A stretch of 64,000 nt of DNA from Chlorokybus atmophyticus (lineage: Eukaryota > Plantae > Mesostigma and Chlorokybus algae). The position numbers and the translations under genes were made by a program. Below the pieces are notes generated by a model that saw nothing but the letters and a program-made list of their open reading frames with translations, ran no database searches and was not told where the DNA came from. Within the stretch, counting starts at the first letter, position 1. Every line of letters begins with the position of its first letter. The stretch covers positions 1,184,755 to 1,248,754 of the forward strand of contig RHPI01002438.1 of assembly GCA_009103225.1 (NCBI GenBank), in the 5' to 3' direction. Below, piece by piece: positions 25,667 through 36,362 of this stretch.

Positions 25667-26479
25667 AGGTTTGAAGTAAAACGCTACAGTTCCACGAGCA
25701 CCACACAACCACCCAACCTGTCGAACGACAACTTGAGGGTAAGCATATGTCTTGAATACCCCCCCTCCCCCCTTGGCTTAGAGGACTGTCAAGCAAGACT
25801 GTCATCTGTGTGGCTCTCACAGCATTGCAACTGACCACTGCTTCAAACAGACTGACAATGAGATTCCCAACCTGAAGCTCATCCATCGTGGAGCTGGAGA
25901 CAAGCACCAGCTGTGGCGGCTAAACTATTTGAAGGATGTGAAAGCATCTACAAGCATTCTGGTCAAAGAGGAGTTCAAGTATCACCTGCACAACTGGGAG
26001 ATCAAGGACTCCACAATCATCGGCCGTGTTTGAGGCGACAACCCCTACCGATTTCCCCGCTGCATTGCAGTGGTTGCATACCCCTAAAGGCATGGACGCC
26101 GTGATAAGATACCGCCAGGCTTGTTTCAGGCGGTAAGGCGCAGGTCAATAAGGACTGAACCCACCATGTATACCTTAGCCCGCGCTAGGCAATTACATAG
26201 AACGATTGCCTTTGCATACTACCAGCGGATCCTGGGGTACATCTGAACCTTCTTGGTGTACATAATCTGTGTATAGTACAAGCGTGTTAATGCCTAAGAT
26301 AAACATCAGTGTTTTTATGCCTTCTTTCAGTAATGACCACTCACAACAAGCACAAATGAGCACATGAGCACAATTGACAGCCGCATGGACTGTAAGTGAC
26401 ACGTATTGCCTTGTTGCAGGCTGTCAACCACTCACAACATGAAACCACACATGAGCACAATTGACAGCCGCAACGACAG

Positions 26480-27278
26480 TCACCTTGACAGCCGCATGGA
26501 CTGTTGCCAAAAATTGTTATGCGTACCTGCCTCAGGCTCTCCTGCCTTATAGTACATGACATGTCTGTCATAGAACATGCGCACCACCTCAGTTGTTGGC
26601 TGCTCTTGCCATCTGCCTTGATAAACTTGCTGCCATTTCAGCTTTCTCTTGACCGTAATGGGTGACACCTTCTCGTTGCGACAGTCTTTATTGACCACCC
26701 ACCGCGCCAGGCCTTGGCGGGCACTCGCTGGTCGAGGAGCAGGCTTCAGGTAGTCAACCAACATGTTGCCTTCATCGTCAACTTGGGGCTGTCGAATAAC
26801 GACGAGCCATGGCGGAGGATCATCGGATGCAGGTACTGGTGGGTTAGTGGGCACGCGAAAGTCAAAGACCGACTTCTTCTCATCCTCATGTCTTACAAGC
26901 AGCACATCCTCGGGTTTTAGGCCATACGGGGAGAGGTGTATCAGCTGCTAGCAATCGCAGCTCTGGGTTGCTGAAGTCGTAAGCCAGCATGTAGGGGAGC
27001 AGCCTCGGTCTCTCCGTCAGCATCCACACTTTGCGCAGCAGCTGCTGCCCTCGAACAAGAATGTAGGGTTCCTCCAACGTGCGCACATGCAGTGCACCAG
27101 AGTCCGCGTCCATATATTGATTGCCAGCAGCATCTTTTCGCAGGCTGTACGTGTGGACGGCAATGTACACATTGCACTCTGTGTGGAAGAGCATGAAGAT
27201 TTTGCTGACAATGGCAGGCCTGCTTCCATCAAGCATCACAGCATCCTTGCGGTCGCGCATGTGTAAGAGTGCACACGT

Positions 27279-27351
<73 letters not shown>

Positions 27352-30105
27352 CAAACAGTGGTTGCTTTGACAGTCGTTGACGGTCTGCGATTGTCAATGC
27401 CAACATTGTCAGTCTGTGTGACTGCCAAAGTGATATGGACAGTCGAGACTGTGTAGTGGACAGCATAAAGTGGACATCTCTACGGATGTCAATGCCAGCA
27501 CGTACCTGTAAACCAGGCCGTCCCTCATGTAGGCTTTGTAGTCACGCAATGTCCGCCGCGACTTGGTGTGGATGGCAATGTTCTCTTGTGTGCAGATGCA
27601 TCCGAACAAGGCGTCGTTCCCTACGTGCTGAATGCTGCCTCGTCCAATCAATTTGCCTTTCTCTTTGATGTGCTGAGAGTGTGCCAAGGTGGGATATGCT
27701 TCCACAAGAGCCCATATCTCCTCTGCGTGTCTGATTGTAGCCACCTTATACCAGGTGGACCCGTTGAATTCTGTTTTACTGATTGCAGACAGTGCATTGA
27801 CGACACTGTGGTGGAGCAGCAGGCCTGACCTCTAATCATTACGCATGACGCAAAAGAGTCGCACAAACCATCTCGTGACAGATCGCTTCATGAAGCTGAT
27901 CGTATTACCTGTTGTTGGATGAGGTGTTGACATACAGCTTCACATGGCTTAAAGGCGTAGCACCAGAACACATCATGGTGGCCATGTCGACGGATGTTAT
28001 CAAGCAGGTGGCAAGTTCCCGCAATGTGCTCCAGACCCTTCTTGTTAGTGCCAAAGCAGATCTCACTGTTCACCTTCCAGTACCTGAGCAATGCATCAGC
28101 GAGCTTCAGATGGCCGGAATCCCAACCCATGCGGCGCGAGATGTCATGTCGGAGGCACATGACGAGGTCTCTCCTTTCTTCGCTTAGCAGCTTGTGAGAA
28201 CATGAGGCACAGCAAACTGCACAAAGAGCTGGTGCTGCTGCGCCTTCCACCATCCAAGGCGACGGCTGAGGCCATGTGGCCAGCGGTTACCATGCCTCAA
28301 CTCCCTAGACCGTGCGTTTCTCATCACAGTTAGCCGACTGTCAATCTCAGCCTTGCTAACATGCTCGTCGCCACCATCCATCAGAGTGCAGGCTGTCAAG
28401 CTCTTGGCCAGTCCTTCGGCTAGCGTGTGCATGGTATCAAAGACCATGTCCTGGCATGGGTTAAACTTGTACATCCGCCAAAGCCTCCACAAAGGCGACA
28501 GCCCGTTGACGCTATACTTCTTGGCTTTTTCTTTGTTGCGATAGGGATCTTCTGTGCTTTCAACTTCATCATACAGCTGGTATGTGGCCTCTGCAGTTCT
28601 TTTGGCAAATGGATGGCGACTGTGGTAGCGGTTGCTAGCGTAGTGGACATTGCTCCGAGTTTCTTCAACAACATCGTCGCCAGTGCTAGGATTTTGAGTG
28701 ACCTTTTTGGTAACAATCGAGTACCGGATATGAGTTGTCAGCAGGCAACAAGCCCTGCAACCGCATAAGCTGCCATTCTTGAATTGCCCCATCTCGCTTT
28801 GAGCGGGATAGTCACCGGCTATGTTCATAACAGAGGAAAACCTTTTCACCTGCAAAACCCGTTGCATCAGGACGCATTGCTTTGTGGGCAGCGCGTGTGA
28901 AGCTATGCGCAGGACACAATCGCGACTGTCAACACGGACTGTCCCGTACATTAGACAGCTGCACTGCAAAGATAGTCGCTTGTGACAGTCGCTGATGACA
29001 GTCTTCTCAACGCTCGATTGACTCATAAAAGGTGGCAACCAATGAAGTGCATAACTGTGACAGTCGTTTTTGATAGCCCTCAATGGACTGTGCTTACTCT
29101 GCTCGATTCATTACAATGGGTATTAAGTTGACAGGCGATGTCGATAGTCACATTCATAACACAGCATTGCGCACGAGGTCTTCTGAACAGATGTATCAAG
29201 CGTACCGGCCGATCGATGAGGGAGCTTGATGTCCACCTGGCTGGAGTTCAAACCGTAGAGCGTAGGGAAGCCCATGGCGTACAAATCCTCCAACTCATCC
29301 AGCATGGGCTTCATAAACGGGTTTAGACAGTCCTTGTCAGCGTCGAGTAGCTCGTCAACTGGGACAAACATCACGGGCATAATGGAAGAAGCCTGTGAGA
29401 TGACGCGCTTGCCTCCGTTGAGTACAACAACGTTGATGACAAGGCTGCTCCGCTTTGTAGTTGATGCGCAGCTAAAACCATCATTGTGCAGCATGAGCGC
29501 AATGTTGCGCGGGTCTCCAATACACTGCTGCGCAGCCTCTTCATTGTCATAGGAGCATTCGCAATGCCATTTCTGATAACCATCCCTGTGCTGGGACATG
29601 TTAATATCATTATTGTAGCGTCCACAATCGCATTATTGGCAGAGGAATGGTCTTCGTGCAGTCCCCAAAAGAATACAGCTTTCTCCACTTGCTGCCATGC
29701 CAATCTTCCCATTCAGGCACTGGGGGCTGGTTAGCTGACACGTCGAGCCAGGTGTCTTTGTCTCGCCAAGCAGCAAGGGGTTTTATGCAACAGAAGGTAC
29801 TTGCAGCCACGGACCGAGCCTTGGACCAATGGGTGTCACAGAAAGTCAATGCACTCCTTGCGCGTGCGCCCGCAGTGGCCTCCGCACGGCTGTTTCCACA
29901 AGCGCTTCACAAGCTTGTGGCGACTGTCATCTGCCTCGTAGCTGTCCTCACTGTCATCAAACCCGGATGGGTAAGCATTTGGAAAGAGATGACTGCATCT
30001 CGTGCATGCTGTATATCTCTGCGACTCTGGCATTTCGATGGAAGTCAGCAATGCATCGACAGCCGTGATGTCAGCTGGCTGGGAGGGGTTGCGCTGGCCG
30101 AGCAA
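26480..30105 (-). pseudogene. CACTA/EnSpm transposase (Tnp2/Transposase_21-like), intron-containing and degenerate
   Basis: DPRNIALMLHNDGF; LNPFMKPMLDELEDLYAMG; GDYPAQSEMGQFK..GCRAC; DMVFDTMHTLAEG; RWPHGL..WWKAQQHQLF; HLLDNIRRHG..FWCYAF. Confidence 0.88.
27277..27349. repeat. Compound (GT)n(GA)n microsatellite, probably intronic
   Basis: Directly visible. Confidence 0.95.
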
Positions 30106-30641
30106 GGCGTGGCCACCGGTAGATGGGTTTCGGCAAATCAGGTTGGATCCGCAACTTTGTAATGGACGAAACCGGACATTATTTGCGGATTTTGCAAAGT
30201 TTAAGACGGATCCGTATATATGTTGTAGCTGCAGCCGGAATCTAATTGCGACCTGTCACAAACGGCAATTCGCCGGTGACGATCGTAAGTACCGGATCCC
30301 CAACAATATTAAGGATTCGGTGTTTACGCAATCAAGGGTTCAGGCCGTGAGAAAGCCTTGTATAAGTCGCAATTACGGTTGTGACCAATTCGTTAACAGT
30401 GCGTCTTTACTCCCGAACGCAATTGAGGACTCGACGATAACATTATAATGCATTCAGGTTGCATGTTAAAGCTGTACACATCATCATTAAAATTGTGACC
30501 GGTTCCATCAACGATACGAGACTTCATACTTAACAACTCGGAACGCTAAGATCGATCCTTCCATTGTTACAAACTTTAATAATTTCCGACCACGACCACA
30601 TCATTGCCAAATTGCCGGTTCAACCCCGCGGCCTATTAATG

Positions 30642-30682
30642 GCTTGCCCCGCGGCCTGCTAGTAGCAGGCCGCGGGGCAAGC
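30642..30682. other. Perfect 20-bp inverted repeat with a 1-nt spacer
   Basis: gcttgccccgcggcctgcta G tagcaggccgcggggcaagc. Confidence 0.95.
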
Positions 30683-30934
30683 AAGTAGAAGGCTGCGACT
30701 TGCATGTATAATCATTGGTAAACCATGGTAGCACATGAGGTAAATATGTAAAGACTTAACCAGAACTCCGCAACCAACCTTGCGCCAGCAGGTGACGCAG
30801 GGCGCATAATGCAAACATTGCCGGTAATCTCGCGCTGTGATTTAACAAAACGGCCAGTCGAACAAAGTCTCCCTCCCTACGTCACCTTTATGGTGGTACA
30901 ATTCACCTTCACCTTTATCTTTTAAATACTAGTA

Positions 30935-31105
30935 GTATATAAATGTAAATACCGCGGTGTATATATGTATATATATATGAATATACAAGAAAATATTTAT
31001 ATGTACGACTTATACATGTATATAAATATACATATATATATATGTATCTGTATATATATACACATGTATATAAAAAAATATATATATATATGTATATATA
31101 CATAT
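30935..31105. repeat. AT-rich (TA/TATG) simple repeat
   Basis: Directly visible. Confidence 0.9.
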
Positions 31106-33294
31106 ACCGGTAGTGCCGTTGTACGCAGCTGTTGGTGCATGCGTGAGGCACGTGAGACAATTTAAGGCAGCGAGCATCGGATATATCCTTTACAAACGCG
31201 GTATGGGGTGTTTTGTGCCGTCGTCTAGCTGGTCAGTTGTTAGGTCGTGTGATGTTGCGTGCTAATCCACCACGTACTGCCGCGCAGGCTCAAATCTCGA
31301 CGATGGAGATGCGAAAACTTGTGTGCTGTGGCTCTATTGAATTTTCGCCGCGAACTGCGGCCATAACATATCTAGTTAGATTTCGCATTAAGATTAATCT
31401 CCTTAACACATGATCTAACCAAAAATTAGTTTATGATGTGGCTATTATGAAGTCCAAGAAAAGAAAGATACCGAATTTAATGCACACCAGCTAGTTGACG
31501 TTAATAGCAGCTCGATATCAGACAATGTTGTTGCTGCAGCCGCAAAGAGTGCAAAAATGGAAATATTGCTTGCATATGGGTCCCTAATTAAGTTATAACT
31601 TGATCTTCAATCATATTGTGGGCAAGGCCAAACTGTTGGGGGGCTTTTTCTACCGGTGGGAGGTCATTTCGCAGCTGACTGTGGTCATAAGTAGGATCCT
31701 TGGCAAGCTAAACGATTGAATCCTCAGCGCCGAAAACAATCTTCAGCACCTTATTGATCAATAATTGCTGGGCATAAGAGTCCTCTAAGTCTGTCAGCAG
31801 TGACATGAACTTATCCAGCATCTTTTGCGTAGGTGTCTCTGAGGTTTGTTGTTGGCAAGAAATGCGTGGTTGAGGGGTATCGCATTGTGCTGAAGGCATT
31901 CGCGGTGGGTGCATACTTTCTTGCGCCGCCGTGTCCAGTCGCATGTGGGCCATGGCAGTCTCCAAGTCAATCAACTGCCAAAGGAAACGGGCAGTCAGCA
32001 GCTGAAGTATGGTTCACAACGTTGTGCGCATAGCAGTGGGCGAATATGACAGTCGCATGGACAGCCTCAGTGCATGTCCAACAACCGTGCGCGCTATGAG
32101 TGAGCATGAGCAACATGATTAGTGCTCACCTTGTCATGGCACCTGAGGCAAGAGCAAATCCTCTGGGAGACTTCTTGCTGCTTGGGTTCTTCGACAGCCT
32201 CTTCGTCACTAATCAGCGAATGCAAGTTGTCAGTTAGCATGTCAACAGTCTCTTGCAGGTCTCATTGTTGCCATGGTTGCTGAGAGGGGGCAGCACTGCT
32301 GGTGCCAGCCATGTTGACAATCGGCTGTGAATCAGATTGTCAATTGAATTGCAGTGGAGCTGTTGTGGCCACGCTGGTGCTGGTAACATTGACAGCCGGC
32401 TGTTGCCTTGGGTGAAGTGTGGCTGCCACTCCACTGGTAGTGATGCCGGCCACATGGACAGTCGGCTATTGATTTGCGGGAGGCCTTCAGAAATCCAGCA
32501 GCTAGACCATATGCGCTGGCACCATTAACTGACAGCAATACACAGCAAGGCAGCTACTGCACGTGCAGTTCGTCGACAGTTTCTTAGCATGTGAAGGACA
32601 TATTACTCGTGAAGGCTGTCACAGCAACGATAGCAGGTGGCATGCACAGAAGACCGCATGACCATTGTAGAGAAACAAGTAAGGTCAGCAACTTAACTTA
32701 CTGCTCATGCTGCTGGTTGATCTCGCCATCCAGCTTGTCGTGCTTGGCCTCGACTTCATGGGCAGGCTGTGGGTTGTCAACATCGTGCTGCACATTAGCC
32801 GCCTGCTCCGGCATGGGTAGGGAACTCTATTGGCTGCGACGGCGGTGCCTACAACTGGTGTTCCTCTTATCGGCTGGTTGCAAGTTGATTCCCAGCTTGG
32901 TACTAATGTCCCTGGCAAACTTGACAGCTTTTTTGCTTGCCATTAATATTGCGCTAGCATTCCGCCACCAAGTACACCTCCAAGAGGCCGCCGCCGCCGC
33001 CACCAACAAGAGCGCCACCGCCTGCTCCCTCCGCCGGCGCCACCTCACTGAGCGGTAAAACCCTACTGCACAGACCACGGTACTCTGAGCCCATGCTTGT
33101 GAGTTGACAGTCGCACCATGCAAGGTGCTTGACTCTATGGAGTAACTGCACACCGTTCGATAAGCTTGGATCGACGGTTACTATAGGCTGCCATGAAGAC
33201 TTACTCTTGACAGTTACATCATGCACGGTGCGACTGTCATAGCTGAGCGTGCATCAGCAATGGTTCCAATCACTGTTTTGCAGACCAACCTATA

Positions 33295-34020
33295 ACCACG
33301 CATGGTCCGTACTCTCCCAAACCTTCGGACCAGGAAGAGCTTGGTTAAGTCAAGCACCAAGTAGGGTCTGCAATCATACAATACAATGTGGACCAATAGC
33401 TGCTTGCTTAGATAAGGACCATGAATCGTCCGTACTCTCCCAGACCTTCGGACCAGGAAGAGCTTGGTTAAGTCAAGGACCATATAGGGTCCGCAAGTAT
33501 ACGACAATTTCGACCAATAGCTGCTTGGTTAAATTAAGGACCATGAATGGTCCACAATTTGTTAGCATTTGGACCAGTAAGAGCTTGTTAAGGCGGCAGA
33601 CCATGTATGGTGCGTGCTGCTTGTCAAAATAACCGATAAGCTGAGCGTGCACCAGCAACGGTCCGCCCAATTAGTGTGGTTTGGACCAGTCCCATCGACT
33701 TCATTCACCGCAACACATATGATCCGGCATTGTTGTGGTCCAGACCACGCATGGTCCGTACACCCATTAACAGTCGCACTGGCAATATGCCTGGTCCGGC
33801 TGCAGACCGTGTATGGTCCAGTCTTTCGCGGCCAGTAGGACCGGTAATATGTCTGATCCAGCCACGCACCACATCTGGTGCGTGACTGCGCACCAGGATT
33901 TGGGACCCCGAACGGACCATGCATGGTCCTTCCCCCGCGGACCAGGCAGTCCTGGCCCGCGGGATATGGACCATGCATGGTCTTGGGGGTCCGTGAAAGG
34001 ACCATACCTGGTCCTTGAAC
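33295..34020. repeat. Right subterminal repeats of the CACTA element, including ~123-bp tandem units
   Basis: gtccgtactctccca.accttcggaccaggaagagcttggttaagtcaag occurs near 33305 and 33428, with a partial third unit; many GGACCATG motifs. Confidence 0.85.
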
Positions 34021-34031
34021 GTCAATCCGTG

Positions 34032-35071
34032 ATCTTGTAGTTGGTGTCCTTCAGTAGCTTGACCATATGGGTGTAAGTGCGCAGAGGATCCTCCCCTGCC
34101 TTGCGCCTGAAGTGACGCAACTCCTCCACCTTCTGACTAGTCTGTGGTGGGAATGTGCGCCGAAGTGCAAGATACAAGTCCTGCAAAGGTGACAACGTGC
34201 GGTCCACCCTGACGGTGAGAGCGGATTTCCGCATGTTGACCGAGCCTGAAGACAGTGTGCTGCCTGAAGCGGAGTCTCGGATTCCCTGAGTCCCTGTCCA
34301 GATTGGAGTATCAGGTATGGTGGCGCGCTGTCGTGCTTGTGCTTCCTTAAGCGCAGTTTGCTGTTCTGCCATTAGCCTGAACGCCAAGAATTGCACCTGG
34401 GACCGGCATGCTTGTTGCGCTGCTGGCAGCTCGCGGTCGACCAAGGCAGGATCAACATCTGGTATATCTACTTCAGCTGTCAACTGTGCTGCGGCCAAAG
34501 CTTGCGTAAGAGTAGGGCCTTGCAGTGGGCCAGCTGGAACAATGGGCGTGGCAGGGAAGCCAGGAGTTGACGCTTCCATGGGCAAGGCTCCGGTGCCGGC
34601 CAGAACTCCGTACCCTCCAATCTCATGTGCAGCAACTGACCTATACACCTCATGTGCCTCGTGGTCTAAGCAAGTTGCAGCCATGCGAAAAGACATTACA
34701 TCTGACCAGTTGGGAGTCTTGATCGCATGGTAGCTCATCCACGAGTCGAACTTGATGATCCATTCGTCCAGTGGTATTGTGCCAGGACGTCCAGAGAAGG
34801 TGAGACCATGAGTGGAGCCGGATGCCTCCATGTCGTCGCTGTTGAGCTGATCGATGAAGCTTTCAACTTGATGACGAGACTGAGTATGTCTTAAACGGGA
34901 TACTGGTGAAAATCGGGGGCTGTCGATGTTGTCGTCGCCCTCTTCTTCGCCATATCGTCCGTAGGATAGATTCGAGCCCAACCAACTGTCGAAGTCGTTG
35001 GTGGTCTCCTCGGCCACAGGGGAAAGCCCGTACCGATGAGTGGACTCTCTGACTGGTGTAAACTCACTCAT
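34032..35071 (-). pseudogene. gag: Element C gag, N-terminal half
   Basis: FSGRPGTIPLDEWIIKFDS..MAATCLDHEAHEVY..LRRTFPPQTSQKVEELRHFRRK..LLKDTNYK. Confidence 0.92.
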
Positions 35072-35267
35072 GCAAGTCGCACGGTGAGCGCAGGAGAGAG
35101 CAAGGCAGAGTGTGTGTGCTCTACTGGTGCTCCCCCAATGCTACCACTCAACATACTAGTGCTTGCAAGTGCACTATGTGCTGGCAATGATAACACAACA
35201 CTGTTGCAACCAACGCCGCTGAAAGACTGCAAGCCACGCTGATGTACGACACTCACTTGTACAAGGG

Positions 35268-35498
35268 GATGACACTGTAAGTCAACAAGCCGCTACGAGA
35301 GGTAGTGCTGCTTATACAGTTCCTTGAATGAGGTCAGGATAATTCCACTGTTAAGTGAGGTGTATGAGTGCGGCAACTCGTGGATACCACAATCTGATGC
35401 GGACTACACAACTTGCACCCACACAACCACAATCACATCAAGTGACAAGCAATGCACGTGTGCATACACTGCACTCTCTTACGTGTAGATGTGTGTTG
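35268..35498 (-). repeat. Element C: distal part of repeat A1, b (35281-35292) and self-priming PBS (35268-35282)
   Basis: The minus strand reads ..ctctcgtag-cggcttgttgac-ttacagtgtcatc, paralleling B 36140-36173. Confidence 0.85.
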
Positions 35499-36148
35499 TG
35501 TCATGCCATCTACCCTCGCATGCCAGTTCTTCTCAAGCATGCCTACACCCAGCCCCACGCCCGGGCTACCAGCATGAAGACCGCGCGAACCCCAGCCTAC
35601 TGCTAGCTACTGTATCACTCATGTAGCATGTAGCTAGGGCTACTTTATAGACCTGTCTGTAGGGACCGCGCGTAGCTGATCGGTTGCAAGTCTGTTAAGA
35701 ACACATGTGCTATATTGAGTCTTGGGAGATTTCCGAAATAGCATGAGGCCTCGATGTGACCATTGGCCTAGTGCCCGCGTGGCACTGCACGGTCATGATT
35801 TGACATGTATAAGTAGAAAGTCACGTCACCAGATTGGCTGGTGACACTGTAAGTGAGTACTAAGAGTACTAGGAGTACCAAGAAGTAAAGACTCTGTTTC
35901 TAAAGAGCTTGTGAAGCGACTTGAACTGGAAGCACGCTGCCCCGGTTGCCAAGAATTCCCTTACTGCGTGAGACACGGTGCATGCTCTTGTGCGCTGTGC
36001 CTGTCATTGCTGTGAGCTTGTCGGTGGTGTGTTGTTTCAGTAGTCAGGGTGTTGTATCCACGTGTTGCACACTCATTCACCTCACTTAACAGTGTATCAT
36101 TCTATCCGCTCATGCAAAGAACTGTGTCTACAGCACTACCTATCGTAG
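35499..36148 (+). repeat. Element B repeat A1, with TATAAG at 35808-35813
   Basis: Direct repeat of 47801-48450 with roughly a dozen substitutions. Confidence 0.95.
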
Positions 36149-36173
36149 TGGCTTGTTGACTTACAGTGTCACC
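36149..36173 (+). promoter_or_regulatory. Element B: b (36149-36160) and self-priming PBS (36159-36173)
   Basis: tggcttgttgac is identical to the first 12 nt of B1 and B2. acttacagtgtcacc is the exact complement of ggtgacactgtaagt at 35840-35854. Confidence 0.85.
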
Positions 36174-36362
36174 CTCTTTGCACAAGTGAGTGTGTTGCAA
36201 TCTGCATCAGATAGTGCAGTCTGCACCCAGGGATACATCGCTGGGCATTCGTTATCATTGTCATCACATAGTGCGCACAAGCACTAGTGTGTTGGGTGGT
36301 AACAGCATCAGGATAGACGGTAGAGCACAAGCACTCTACCCTTTCACCTCTGGACCAGCTGT

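Larger units (their letters stand above)
20973..34031 (-). mobile_element. CACTA/EnSpm-type DNA transposon, ~13.06 kb, 2-bp TSD (AT)
   Basis: Imperfect TIRs CACACCGATTGACGTCAAAGGACCA / CACGGATTGACGTTCAAGGACCA. AT is duplicated at 20971-72 and 34032-33, and removing the element restores the C gag frame. Subterminal GGACCATG arrays at both ends; Tnp2-like transposase inside. Confidence 0.9.

Noticed and set aside
36149-36166. TGGCTTGTTGACTTACAG as a tRNA 3'-end PBS because it starts with TGG
   Set aside because: Its complement does not fit tRNA acceptor/T-stem geometry, C has CGG rather than TGG, and D is unrelated. The covarying self-complementarity explains the site better. A host tRNA search was not run.
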